From: Oscillospiraceae bacterium
GTDB taxonomy: Bacteria > Bacillota > Clostridia > Oscillospirales > WRJC01
Assembly (NCBI GenBank): GCA_009783265.1
Contig: WRHM01000002.1
Coordinates: 94,564 to 158,563 of the forward strand
Direction: 5' to 3'
Length of the DNA stretch: 64,000 nucleotides
How positions within the stretch are numbered: position 1 is the first letter of the stretch; every line of letters begins with the position of its first letter. Below, in pieces: positions 10,235-20,455 of this stretch. Below the pieces are notes generated by a model. That model made no database searches and was not told where the DNA came from. It saw only the letters and a list, made by a program, of their open reading frames with translations. The translations under genes were made by a program, and so were the position numbers.

Positions 10235-11152
10235 ATGAATAAGCATTTATTAAAAATGGCTGATTTGACAAAAGACGATATTTTTGAAATATTCGAAACA
10301 GCCGAAAAGTTAAAAAATTATAATAAAAATAAAATAGAACACCCGATATTAAAAAATAAAATACTGGGCATGATTTTTGTAAAATCTTCGACAAGAACAA
10401 GGGTTTCGTTTGAAGTTGGTATGCACCAGCTCGGCGGCAAAGGATTATTTTTATCGCAAAACGATTTGCAGTTGGGCAGGGGAGAGCCGATATATGATAC
10501 AGCTAAAGTTTTATCGCGTTATTTGGACGGCGTGATGATCAGGACTTACGCTCAGCAAGACGTTGAAGATTTCGCAAAATATGGCGATATTCCCGTAATA
10601 AACGGTCTCACGGATTATGCTCACCCATGTCAAGTACTCGCTGATTTGATGACTGTAAAAGAATATAAATTAAAAGAATACAAATCATTTGATAATCTTA
10701 AATTATGTTTTATCGGTGACGGATTCAATATGGCTAATTCGCTTATTGTCGGAGGATTGACTGTAGGAATGAGCATATCAGTCGCAAATCCGAAAGGTTA
10801 TGAAATAGAACAATCAATTAAAGATTACGGCGCAAAATTTAACAGCAGATTTATATTTACGAACAACGTAAAAGAAGCTGCGAAAGACGCCGATATTCTT
10901 GTTACAGACGTTTGGTACAGTATGGGGCAGGAAGATATATCAGAACGCAAAGAAGCATTTAAAGATTATAAAATAGACAATGAATTAATGAAATTTGCGA
11001 AAAAAGACGCGATTGTCTTGCATTGTTTACCGGCCCACAGGGACGAAGAAATTTCTTCGGAAGTTTTTAAACAGCATGAAAACGTAATTTTTGACGAAGC
11101 AGAAAACCGTTTACACGCGCAAAAAGCAGTTATGGTTAAATTAATGGGTTAA
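10235..11152 (+). CDS. argF: Ornithine carbamoyltransferase.
   Basis: Carbamoyl-phosphate binding motif STRTR and the HCLP motif of OTCase/ATCase-fold enzymes. 305 aa. Clustered with argD. Confidence 0.75.
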   Translation: MNKHLLKMADLTKDDIFEIFETAEKLKNYNKNKIEHPILKNKILGMIFVKSSTRTRVSFEVGMHQLGGKGLFLSQNDLQLGRGEPIYDTAKVLSRYLDGVMIRTYAQQDVEDFAKYGDIPVINGLTDYAHPCQVLADLMTVKEYKLKEYKSFDNLKLCFIGDGFNMANSLIVGGLTVGMSISVANPKGYEIEQSIKDYGAKFNSRFIFTNNVKEAAKDADILVTDVWYSMGQEDISERKEAFKDYKIDNELMKFAKKDAIVLHCLPAHRDEEISSEVFKQHENVIFDEAENRLHAQKAVMVKLMG

Positions 11153-11308
11153 TAAATTTAAAAAATAAAAAAATATATGGGAAACCAAATATGGTCACTC
11201 ATATATTTTCTTTTTGTTTTTGTTTAAAATTTAACAAAATATATATTTACAAATATAATAAAAATGATATAATAATATAAAATATATTTTTGGGAGATTA
11301 TATAAATT

Positions 11309-12295
11309 ATGGCTGAATTAAGATGGAATCCGTTGATAAATGATTGGGTTATGATAAATTCAAGCAGGCAGTCGAGACCGGTCATGCCGAAAGGATATTG
11401 CCCTTTTTGCCCCGGTTCGGAAAAAATACCTGATAATTATGACGTTTTAAAATACGATAATGATTTCCCTGCTTTGTCACAAAATCCTCCGGAGCCTGAT
11501 AATGTCGTAGGAAACAGCGAAATATATAAAATCAAACCTATGTATGGAAAGTGTGAAGTAATTCTCTTTTCACCTGAACATGAATCGTCGATTTGCGAAT
11601 TTTCGGTTGAGCATATAAAAAAAATTATAGATTTATGGACAGAAAGATTTGTTGAAATTTCTAAAAACGAAAATATAAAATATGTTTTTATATTTGAAAA
11701 CAGGGGAGAACTTGTGGGAGTCACGCAACCTCATCCGCACGGCCAGATTTACGGATATTCTGTAGTCCCGAAAAAAATCGAAATTGAAATTGATTGCTTT
11801 AAATCGCATTATAAAAAAAATAAATCATGCCTGTTTTGTGATATAAACAAAGACGAAATAAAATTTAATCAGAGAATTGTTTACGAAAACGAAGATTTTA
11901 TCGCGTATGTTCCGTTTTTCGCGGAATATGTTTATCAGGTTTATATATCGTCAAAAAAACATAAATCACATATTGCGAAATTTAACAAACGCGAAAAAAA
12001 TAATCTTGCGTTGACTTTAAAAATGATTACCGGAATGTATGATAGTTTATTTGATAAAAATTTTCCGTATATGATGTGTATGCATAACGCTCCCGTAAAT
12101 ATAAAAAGCTCAAAAAAAATAAGTAAAGCATTTCACTTTCACATAGAATTTTATACGCCTTTAAGATCAGAAAATGTTCAGCAGTTTAACGCTTCTTCTG
12201 AAACCGGGGTATGGGCTCATTGCAACCCCAGCGCACCCGAAGAAAAAGCTGAAGAGTTAAAACAAGCGTTAAAAAGATTTCAAGAAAGCTTATGA
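11309..12295 (+). CDS. galT: Galactose-1-phosphate uridylyltransferase (HIT-like type 1).
   Basis: Zinc motif CPFCPG and the catalytic HPHGQ motif. 328 aa. Adjacent to galE. Confidence 0.85.
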   Translation: MAELRWNPLINDWVMINSSRQSRPVMPKGYCPFCPGSEKIPDNYDVLKYDNDFPALSQNPPEPDNVVGNSEIYKIKPMYGKCEVILFSPEHESSICEFSVEHIKKIIDLWTERFVEISKNENIKYVFIFENRGELVGVTQPHPHGQIYGYSVVPKKIEIEIDCFKSHYKKNKSCLFCDINKDEIKFNQRIVYENEDFIAYVPFFAEYVYQVYISSKKHKSHIAKFNKREKNNLALTLKMITGMYDSLFDKNFPYMMCMHNAPVNIKSSKKISKAFHFHIEFYTPLRSENVQQFNASSETGVWAHCNPSAPEEKAEELKQALKRFQESL

Positions 12296-12334
12296 TTTAA
12301 TTATATTTTATATTGTAAAGGAGATAAAATTAAC

Positions 12335-13327
12335 ATGGCAATATTAGTTACAGGTGGCGCAGGATATATCGGAAGTCACGCAATTAAAATTTTAAATGAT
12401 AAGGGATACGAAACTATTGCGGTTGATAATTGTGTAAACGGTCATGAAAAATCGCTGGCAATAAGCAACGTAAAATTTTATAATGGCAATTTTGGCGATA
12501 AAAATTTATTAAATAAAATTTTTAGTGAAAATAAAATTGACGGGATTATGCATTTTGCTGCTTATGCCGTAATACCTGAAGGACAGAAAGATCCTTATAG
12601 ATATTATAAAAACAACGTTGTGGCAACACTTGAATTATTAAATTGCATGGTTGAAAATAACGTGAAATATATAGTGTTTAGTTCATCGGCTGCGACTTAT
12701 GGAAATCCCGTAAATATTCCCATAACTGAAGAAGATAGCCAAAATCCTATAAATACATACGGTGAAACTAAACTTGCAGTCGAAAAGATTCTTGTATGTT
12801 TTGAAAAAGCGTATGATCTAAAATATATCGCTTTACGTTATTTTAACGTCGCGGGAGCTTATAAAACCGGTGAGATCGGCGAAGATCACGAACCTGAAAC
12901 ACATATAATACCGATAATTTTACAGGTGGCAAATAATAAACGCAAAAAATTCCAACTTTGCGGTAATAATTATAATACGCCGGACGGCACAAATATCAGA
13001 GATTATATTCATATTGAAGATTTAATAGACGCTCATATTAAATCAATGGAATATTTGAAACGTGAAAATAAATCCGATTGCTTTAACTTAGGCAGTGGCG
13101 GCGGATATTCAAATCTTGAAATATTAAATGCTGCAAAAAAAGTCACGGGACATGAAATTCCGTTTGAATTTACGGAAAGGCGCGGGGGAGACCCTGATAT
13201 TTTAATAGCTTCAAGTGAAAAAGCCGAAAAGATTCTTAGCTGGAAAAGAAAATATCAAACTATTGAAAGTATTATAGAATCGGCGTGGAAATGGCATAAA
13301 AATCACCCAAACGGTTATGAAAAATAA
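12335..13327 (+). CDS. galE: UDP-glucose 4-epimerase.
   Basis: Rossmann motif VTGGAGYIGSH and the catalytic YxxxK (YGETK). 330 aa. Confidence 0.85.
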   Translation: MAILVTGGAGYIGSHAIKILNDKGYETIAVDNCVNGHEKSLAISNVKFYNGNFGDKNLLNKIFSENKIDGIMHFAAYAVIPEGQKDPYRYYKNNVVATLELLNCMVENNVKYIVFSSSAATYGNPVNIPITEEDSQNPINTYGETKLAVEKILVCFEKAYDLKYIALRYFNVAGAYKTGEIGEDHEPETHIIPIILQVANNKRKKFQLCGNNYNTPDGTNIRDYIHIEDLIDAHIKSMEYLKRENKSDCFNLGSGGGYSNLEILNAAKKVTGHEIPFEFTERRGGDPDILIASSEKAEKILSWKRKYQTIESIIESAWKWHKNHPNGYEK

Positions 13328-13374
13328 ATATAAAATTTATTTATATAAAAAAATAAAAAAGTGAGGTATTTTAT

Positions 13375-14130
13375 ATGGCAACAAAAAAAATAGGTCTCCA
13401 GATTTATTCTATCCGCGATATTTATTCTAAAAATCCTGCAGAAGCGTTTAAATTAGTCAAAGACTGCGGTTATGACGCAGTCGATATGTTCGGCAATGTT
13501 ACTATGGGGGCAGAAGAATTAAAAAAACTTTTAGACGACTTTGGACTTGAATGCTGCGGCTGGCATGCGTCATGGGATTATGTAAGCAAACCTGATATTT
13601 TAGAAATGTTTGTGGCGTATAATAAAGTCATAGGTAATAAATTTTTAATAATCCCGGGACTTCCGTGGGAATTTATGAAAAACAAAGACACATGGCTCGA
13701 AGCCGCGAAAAAAATAAACGAAATAGCTGCTCAATTAAAAAAACATGGTATGTACACAGGAATGCATTCACACGCAGGAGAATTTAAACCGGTTGACGGA
13801 TTAGATAAATTTCCATGGGATATACTCGCAGAAAATACTGTTGACGACGTTGTTTTACAGCTTGATATGGGTAATACTTATGCTACGGGAGTTGAACCTG
13901 TAGCAATTTTGAAAAAATATCCGGGAAGGGCCCATACAGTACATATAAAACCGTATTCTTTGACAAAAGGCATGGGAGTACCGATAGGCGAAGACGATAT
14001 AGACTGGGCAGAAACAGTAAAATTTTGTAATAGTCAGGGAAATACAGAATATTTTATCGTCGAATACGAAGAAGAAGACGCAAAATCCGGAATAAAAGCA
14101 TGTATTGACAATTTCAAAAAATATTTATAA
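13375..14130 (+). CDS. Sugar phosphate isomerase/epimerase (xylose-isomerase-like TIM barrel).
   Basis: 251 aa with TIM-barrel AP-endonuclease-2/xylose-isomerase-like blocks. This is one of three such paralogs in the window. Confidence 0.6.
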   Translation: MATKKIGLQIYSIRDIYSKNPAEAFKLVKDCGYDAVDMFGNVTMGAEELKKLLDDFGLECCGWHASWDYVSKPDILEMFVAYNKVIGNKFLIIPGLPWEFMKNKDTWLEAAKKINEIAAQLKKHGMYTGMHSHAGEFKPVDGLDKFPWDILAENTVDDVVLQLDMGNTYATGVEPVAILKKYPGRAHTVHIKPYSLTKGMGVPIGEDDIDWAETVKFCNSQGNTEYFIVEYEEEDAKSGIKACIDNFKKYL

Positions 14131-14163
14131 AATTTATAAAGCAATATTTTATTTATAACAGGG

Positions 14164-14200
14164 CAGGGGATTTAATATTTTAAATCCCCTGCGAATTTTT
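14164..14200. terminator. Bidirectional intrinsic terminator CAGGGGATTTAA-tatt-TTAAATCCCCTG followed by a T-run, between convergent genes.
   Basis: Perfect 12-bp inverted repeat seen in the sequence, flanked by TTTTTT on the plus side and an A/T-run on the other. Confidence 0.6.
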
Positions 14201-15285
14201 TATATAAATATTTTTTTTATTACTGATTCAATATATTTATTTCTTTCGTCTGTTTTATTAGCAAATTTATAAATATTTTCAATTGAATTATTCAGATTTT
14301 TAATTTCTAAAAAATATTTTATAACTTCATCTATTATTGAATTATAACATTTATAAATAAATCTCAATTTTTGTTTGTTTTCTTTTTTGAAATTTTTATC
14401 TATAAATCTTTCCATATTTATAAAATTATACCGGTCTTCATAAATTTTATTTAATTCTTTGTGTTTTATTATAAATAATATTTTTTGATCTTTAAGATAA
14501 ATTGCTTTTATTTTCGCAGGATTTAAAACGTCGGGGCATATTATTTTATTTATATTTTCAAATTTTTCAAATATACTTTCTGTATATTGCCAGCCTGAAA
14601 AATATTCGTTTGAAATATAAAATATTTTTATGGCTTCATTTTCAAATGTATCGAGTTCTTTTAAACCGGTTGCGGAAACAGAATTAATAAATATATATTT
14701 ATCAATACATTCGTTTTTATAATCGTTTAAATGTTTTTCATTTATATATTTATACAAAATCCTGTTTATTGATAAATTTAATTTTTCCTGATTTATATAT
14801 TTATTTGAAAGTTTTATGTTAATCTCTGATAATTCGTTCGCCGCTATTAAAAATTTATATGCTATTTTATTATATTCATTTTTCTTTTTTATTAAATCAT
14901 AAATTTCATTTTTTTGTTTTGTTAATAACATTTCGTCATAAAAATCATTCAGGTTAATTATATTTTCAAATAATACAGGATAATTTAACATTTTTATTGA
15001 TATTGAAATATATAAATCTTCGTTTATTATTGCTGTTTTAAGTTCATTTATAATTATTCCGTTTAAGCAATTTATTTCAACCGGATTTAAAAAATATTCT
15101 ATTGTATATTTTTTATCTTCGGCTTTTTTTGCAATTTTATTTAAAATATATGCTTTATCATAACCTTTTATTATATATATTTTTTCGATTTTTTTTGAAT
15201 TATATATCGTGTTAAATAAATTCACGAAACCAATGCATGTATTTGCACATGCGAAATAATAATTTTTATTATTTATATTTGTCAA
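14200..15285 (-). CDS. Hypothetical protein, 361 aa, Asn/Lys/Ile-rich, with no recognisable domain.
   Basis: Long intact ORF with no overlapping alternative. Sits at the convergent terminator. I recognise no motifs. Confidence 0.5.
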   Translation of the reverse strand: MTNINNKNYYFACANTCIGFVNLFNTIYNSKKIEKIYIIKGYDKAYILNKIAKKAEDKKYTIEYFLNPVEINCLNGIIINELKTAIINEDLYISISIKMLNYPVLFENIINLNDFYDEMLLTKQKNEIYDLIKKKNEYNKIAYKFLIAANELSEINIKLSNKYINQEKLNLSINRILYKYINEKHLNDYKNECIDKYIFINSVSATGLKELDTFENEAIKIFYISNEYFSGWQYTESIFEKFENINKIICPDVLNPAKIKAIYLKDQKILFIIKHKELNKIYEDRYNFINMERFIDKNFKKENKQKLRFIYKCYNSIIDEVIKYFLEIKNLNNSIENIYKFANKTDERNKYIESVIKKIFI

Positions 15286-15405
15286 TTTCTTTCCCTCCTA
15301 AAAATTTATCTTCAATAATATTTTATTCAAAAAATAAATTTATGTTAAAGAAATTATATATTTTTTGTCGAAAAAGAAATATTTTTATTTATTTTATTAT
15401 TAAAT

Positions 15406-16527
15406 TTATAAAGAAAAGTGATTTTTTAGAATATTTACTATTCTTTCAGAAGCGTGACCGTCGCCATAAGGATTTACGGATTTAGCCATTTTATCGTATT
15501 CCTGTTTATCTTCAAGTAATAACACGGCATTGTTATATATATTTTCTTCAGAAACACCTACAATTTTGACTGTTCCGGCTTTAACGGCTTCAGGACGTTC
15601 TGTTTCTGTTCTGCACACTAAAACAGGTTTTCCTAAAGCAGGGGCTTCTTCCTGAAGGCCTCCGGAATCTGTCAAAATAAAATAACATTTATTATATAAA
15701 TTATGGGTATCTTCGACATCTAATGGCTTAATTAAATATATATTATTTATATTATCAAGAATTTCATGAGCTTGTATAGACGCTTGATTAGGGTGTACTG
15801 CATAAATTATTTGTAAATTATTTGAATACTGCAAAGCTAATCGTTTTACAGCTGTAAAAATATTTTTCATAGGTTCACCAAAATTATCACGGCGGTGCAT
15901 TGTCATAAAAATTGTTTTTTTATCTGTAAAGTTAATGCCTTGCAATTCTTCGCTTTTGAAATTATAATTATCTTTAACCATTAAATGCAAAGCGTCAATA
16001 ACTGTATTTCCGGTGACATAAATATTATCATGTATATTTGATTTATGAAGATTATCAGCGTTTGATTTAGTAGGTGCAAATTGTAAATTTGCGATATTTC
16101 CCGTTAATATTCTCAATATTTCTTCAGGATGCGGAGAATACTTGTCACCTGAGCGAAGCCCGGCTTCTACATGACCTACCGGAATTTTATTATAAAATGC
16201 TGCTAATGCAGCACTGAAAGAAGTGGCGTTATCGCCGTGAACCAAAACAATACCAGGTTGAACTTCACCCATAACCCAATCAAGCCTGTCAATCATTTTG
16301 CTTGTCACGCTCGCAAGAGTTTGTCCCGGCTGCATTATATTTAAATCATAATCCGGAATTATATTAAAAATATTCAAAACTTGATCAAGCATTTCGCGAT
16401 GTTGCGCTGTAACACATACTATATTATCAAATATATCGGGATATTTCGCAATTTCAAGAATCAACGGAGCCATTTTTATAGCGTCTGAACGTATTCCGAA
16501 TACGCTTAATATTTTTTTCTTTGACAT
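15406..16527 (-). CDS. wecB: UDP-N-acetylglucosamine 2-epimerase (non-hydrolysing).
   Basis: N-terminal motif ILSVFGIRSDAIKMAPL and the C-terminal GT-B-like fold blocks characteristic of WecB/MnaA. 373 aa. Confidence 0.85.
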   Translation of the reverse strand: MSKKKILSVFGIRSDAIKMAPLILEIAKYPDIFDNIVCVTAQHREMLDQVLNIFNIIPDYDLNIMQPGQTLASVTSKMIDRLDWVMGEVQPGIVLVHGDNATSFSAALAAFYNKIPVGHVEAGLRSGDKYSPHPEEILRILTGNIANLQFAPTKSNADNLHKSNIHDNIYVTGNTVIDALHLMVKDNYNFKSEELQGINFTDKKTIFMTMHRRDNFGEPMKNIFTAVKRLALQYSNNLQIIYAVHPNQASIQAHEILDNINNIYLIKPLDVEDTHNLYNKCYFILTDSGGLQEEAPALGKPVLVCRTETERPEAVKAGTVKIVGVSEENIYNNAVLLLEDKQEYDKMAKSVNPYGDGHASERIVNILKNHFSL

Positions 16528-16614
16528 AAAAAATTTTCCTCACTTGTTTAAAATTTAATAAATATATTATATAATAACATATAAAATAATTTATTACAAG
16601 GAGAATATTAATTA

Positions 16615-17373
16615 ATGATAAATGATTTGAAAGTTATAATATTAGCGGCGGGGAGGGGGACACGTTTAAATTCAAAAGAAGCAAAAATACCAAAACATAT
16701 GCGGGAAGCCGCAGGAAAACCTGTGTTATATTATGTTTTGAAATCCGTTGATTTTATAAATGATAAAAAAGATATAATAATAATTGTAGGTTATATGAAA
16801 GAAATAATCATGAAAACATTCCCAGAATATACGTTCGTGGTTCAGAATATAGAAAAAGGTTACGGCACAGGTGCAGCGACGAAATGCGCTGAAGAAGCAG
16901 TCGGCGAATTTTCAGGTAATATTTTTATTCTTCAAGGTGACGCGCCGTTAATAACTTCGGAAACTCTATTAAACATGAGAAACGAGCATATTAAAAATAA
17001 AAATGATTGTACGATTTTATCGTGTGAAATAAACGAAGTTTTAAACCTCGGCAGAATTATACGCGGTAAAAACGGAAATTTTTGCGAAATCGTAGAAAAT
17101 AGAGACTGCACGGACGAACAGCGAAAAATCAAAGAATATAATGCCAGCGTTATGCTCGCCGATTCAAAAAAACTTTTCGAACAGTTGAAAAATTTAAAAA
17201 ACAACAATAAAAGCGGAGAATATTATTTAACGGACATTCCAAAATTATTTCTTGATAATAATTATAAAGTCGGAATATATAAGTCAACAAATGACGTTGA
17301 AATTTACGGTGCAGATTCAATAGAGGACTTAACCCGTATTGAAAATATATTAAAAAACAATTCCGCAAAATAA
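16615..17373 (+). CDS. Sugar-phosphate nucleotidyltransferase (NTP-transferase domain, GlmU-N/LicC-like).
   Basis: N-terminal motif ILAAGRGTRL (the G-x-G-T-R-L signature of NTP transferases). 252 aa. Divergent from wecB. Confidence 0.65.
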   Translation: MINDLKVIILAAGRGTRLNSKEAKIPKHMREAAGKPVLYYVLKSVDFINDKKDIIIIVGYMKEIIMKTFPEYTFVVQNIEKGYGTGAATKCAEEAVGEFSGNIFILQGDAPLITSETLLNMRNEHIKNKNDCTILSCEINEVLNLGRIIRGKNGNFCEIVENRDCTDEQRKIKEYNASVMLADSKKLFEQLKNLKNNNKSGEYYLTDIPKLFLDNNYKVGIYKSTNDVEIYGADSIEDLTRIENILKNNSAK

Positions 17374-17572
17374 AAATTTTGCGGAATTGAGGGCATTGAT
17401 TTTTATATTATAAATTTATAAGCGATATATTTTTACAATTTTATATTCAAATATTTTCTTTAATTGTCTGTTTATTTTAATTGATTTTTCTAATATTTTT
17501 TCTTCTTTTTGAAATAATAAAAATATAAACAAAATTAATTTTAATTTTATTTATATTCAGGAGGAAATAAAT

Positions 17573-17770
17573 ATGTCAAAATCAATGTTGAATTTTACCA
17601 AAGGAGTTGTTACAGGAGTAGTAGTCGGAACTACCGTAAGCATGGTTATGCACGGTTTGTCAAAACCGGCTCATAATTCTATAATGCATTTAAACAGTAA
17701 AAAAGGCGCGGGAAAAATGATTAAAAATATAGGTTCCGCAATAAGTCATATAAACGATATGTGGAAATAG
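17573..17770 (+). CDS. Small protein (65 aa) with a hydrophobic Gly/Val-rich N-terminal half.
   Basis: Strong RBS (AGGAGG, 8 nt before ATG) and its own downstream terminator hairpin. Confidence 0.45.
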   Translation: MSKSMLNFTKGVVTGVVVGTTVSMVMHGLSKPAHNSIMHLNSKKGAGKMIKNIGSAISHINDMWK

Positions 17771-17807
17771 TAAAATAATAAATAAAAAATTAACAAAAAA
17801 TTAAAAA

Positions 17808-17852
17808 GCAAATGAAAAGTTCGGTTTTACCTTTTTTATTTGCTTTTTTTTA
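17808..17852 (+). terminator. Intrinsic terminator: an AU-rich stem GCAAAUGAAAAG / CUUUUUUAUUUGC followed by UUUUUUUU.
   Basis: Seen in the sequence immediately after the 17573-17770 ORF. Confidence 0.5.
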
Positions 17853-18036
17853 TGGTAAATTTAATTTATAATTGTTTTTTACCTTGATTATTTTATAAAT
17901 ATATAGTACAATTATCTAATGTGCGGATTTTAAACAAATAATTATAAATTTAACAAAATATTATTTTTAATATGACATGATGTTGTCAGGTGTATTATGA
18001 TATAATTTATATTATATCAACAAATTGGAGGTCATT

Positions 18037-20433
18037 ATGGGTAAAAACAAAAAAAACACGAACAAATATTCTAAAGAGAGTAATCCCCTGATTTCAAATA
18101 GTTCAAATAAAAATTCTAAAGAATATTATTTTGTCAAGTTTCCGGATAATATAATAGATATATTTAAAACAAAAAACGTAAATTTTGACGATATTTTACT
18201 TACTTTTAAATCCGGTATAAACAGTGATAAAATTTTTTGCGATGTGTATATATGCGTAGATAAAAATAATATTTATATATTATCCGGCGCAGAATCAGTT
18301 AAAGAAATAACGAAAAGAGATATAAAAGAAAGAAACGCGAATATAGAATTTGTCGAAATAAATTATCAGGTCTTCCCTATTCAGGATTTAACGGATTTCA
18401 AATCTGAAGAAAATATAACTTATGGACGTTATATAGCTAAACTAAACGAAAATTACATAACTTTATTTAATTATACTTTTACTGACCGGACATTTATAAA
18501 TGATTTTGACAAATATCTAAAATTGATAAAAGAAAAAGGCGTTTTCGAACTTGACGAACATGATAAAAATAACCCTGATTTTATTAATCGCGAAGAAAAA
18601 AAATGCCCGAAATGCGGCAATTATTACCCATCGCCGGAAAGAAAGATTTGTCCTAACTGCATGGATAAATCCAGACTCCTTGTCAGAATGTGGGATTTTA
18701 TCAAAAATTTTAAGAAAAACTTGATTATTATGCTTATCATGCTGATTTTGTCTGCGTTAATAGGCGTCGCAATCGGATATATAAACGGCGTCGGACTATA
18801 TGACAAAGTTTTAAATCCTGAAGATCCCGTTTGGTATAAACAAATAGGCACGCTTGTTTTAATTATTCTTTCGATTGATATTATATCTTATATCATAGGA
18901 ATGGTTTACGGAATAATAATGGCGAAAGTTTCGGCTCTTGTAGCTTATGACTTAAAAAAGATAATATTTGAAGCTATACAACGGCTTTCAATGAGTTTTT
19001 TTTCCAGCCGTCAAACAGGAGGTCTTATGTCGCAATTCAGCAGAGATTCAAATTCTGTATATTTTTTTCTTATTAATGATTTAAATTATTTCTTTTTATG
19101 CATATTTAAAATTGTCGTTGCGACGGTTATTATGATTACGATTAATCCTATATTAACTCTTATTGTTTACGCTACGGTTCCTATATTTATAATAACATTT
19201 AAAAACCGCAGGGGATACTTAAGGGAATTATGGCATAAAATGTTTGCGAAAAGCCGCGATATGGGAGCTACGCTTTCAGATATTTTAACCGGAGCAAGAG
19301 TTGTAAAAGTATTTTCCAAAGAAAAAGAAGAAGTAATGAAATTCAACAGAAAAAGCGGAAATGTAAGAGATATGACGTTAATTGCTGCAAGATATGAAAA
19401 TATATTCTTCCCTGCCGTATGGTTTATACTCATGTTTGGCAGCTTTCTGATATGGCTTTTCGGCGGCTGGTTTGTAATTAAAAATTACGGCGGAATGACT
19501 TTCGGGTTATTGCAAACTTTTATATTTTATTTAGGTTATGTTCTCGACCCGCTCGGATTTTTCGTAAATTTTTTGAGAAGGGGCGTCAATACTTTAAACG
19601 CCGTACAGAGAATTTTTGAAATAATGGACGCAATGCCTGATATTATTGAAATTGAAAACCCGGTCAAAATAGAAAATTTCAAAGGATCGGTCGAATTTAA
19701 AGAAGTAGAATTTTCTTATGAAAAAAACAGGAAAATAATCGACAGCGTTTCATTTGAAATTGATCCGGGAAAAGCACTCGGTATCGTCGGGCATACAGGA
19801 GCGGGAAAAAGCACTTTAGCAAATCTTATGACGAGATTATATGACGTAAACAAAGGCGAAATTTTAATCGACGGAATAAATATAAAAAATCTTTCGTTTG
19901 AAGAATTGCACAGCATGATTTCTATTGTTTCACAAGAAACTTATTTATTTATAGGTACAATCGCCGAAAATATAAAATACGCAAAAAAAGACGCGACTCC
20001 CGACGAAATAATAAGAGCCGCAAAAGCAGCGTCAGCTCATGATTTTATAATGCAGTTGCCCGATGGTTATCAAACGAGAGTCGGTAACGGGCAAAAAGAA
20101 TTATCCGGCGGTGAAAAACAAAGATTATCTATTGCGAGAGCTGTGCTTAAAAACCCGAAAATATTAATTATGGACGAAGCGACCGCGGCAATGGATACAG
20201 AGACAGAGCGTCAGATACAACGTTCACTTTCTAATCTTACAAAAGACCGCACTACTATTTTAATAGCGCACAGGTTATCAACTTTGAGAGACGTTGATAA
20301 ATTAATCGTAATGGAAAACGGAAAAATGACAGAAAGCGGAACACATGCTGAATTAATCGCAAAAAAAGGCATATATTTTAATTTATATAAAATGCAGGCA
20401 CAGGCTTTAAAATCAATTGGAATTGAACAATAA
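18037..20433 (+). CDS. ABC transporter ATP-binding/permease fusion protein (type I exporter half-transporter). It carries an N-terminal soluble domain of about 190 aa plus a Cys4 zinc ribbon.
   Basis: Start moved to the ATG at 18037 (RBS GGAGG 5 nt upstream); the track start at 18025 is a TTG. Zinc ribbon CPKCG-x10-CPNC lies just before TM1. Six-TM exporter domain. NBD with Walker A GHTGAGKST, signature LSGGEKQR, Walker B ILIMDEAT and H-loop IAHR. Confidence 0.8.
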   Translation: MGKNKKNTNKYSKESNPLISNSSNKNSKEYYFVKFPDNIIDIFKTKNVNFDDILLTFKSGINSDKIFCDVYICVDKNNIYILSGAESVKEITKRDIKERNANIEFVEINYQVFPIQDLTDFKSEENITYGRYIAKLNENYITLFNYTFTDRTFINDFDKYLKLIKEKGVFELDEHDKNNPDFINREEKKCPKCGNYYPSPERKICPNCMDKSRLLVRMWDFIKNFKKNLIIMLIMLILSALIGVAIGYINGVGLYDKVLNPEDPVWYKQIGTLVLIILSIDIISYIIGMVYGIIMAKVSALVAYDLKKIIFEAIQRLSMSFFSSRQTGGLMSQFSRDSNSVYFFLINDLNYFFLCIFKIVVATVIMITINPILTLIVYATVPIFIITFKNRRGYLRELWHKMFAKSRDMGATLSDILTGARVVKVFSKEKEEVMKFNRKSGNVRDMTLIAARYENIFFPAVWFILMFGSFLIWLFGGWFVIKNYGGMTFGLLQTFIFYLGYVLDPLGFFVNFLRRGVNTLNAVQRIFEIMDAMPDIIEIENPVKIENFKGSVEFKEVEFSYEKNRKIIDSVSFEIDPGKALGIVGHTGAGKSTLANLMTRLYDVNKGEILIDGINIKNLSFEELHSMISIVSQETYLFIGTIAENIKYAKKDATPDEIIRAAKAASAHDFIMQLPDGYQTRVGNGQKELSGGEKQRLSIARAVLKNPKILIMDEATAAMDTETERQIQRSLSNLTKDRTTILIAHRLSTLRDVDKLIVMENGKMTESGTHAELIAKKGIYFNLYKMQAQALKSIGIEQ

Positions 20434-20455
20434 ATAATAACAAGGTGATTAACTC

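Noticed and set aside
15237-15485. 82-aa plus-strand ORF in the wecB downstream region.
   Set aside because: It is a low-complexity translation of AT-rich intergenic DNA that overlaps the wecB 3' end, with no RBS.
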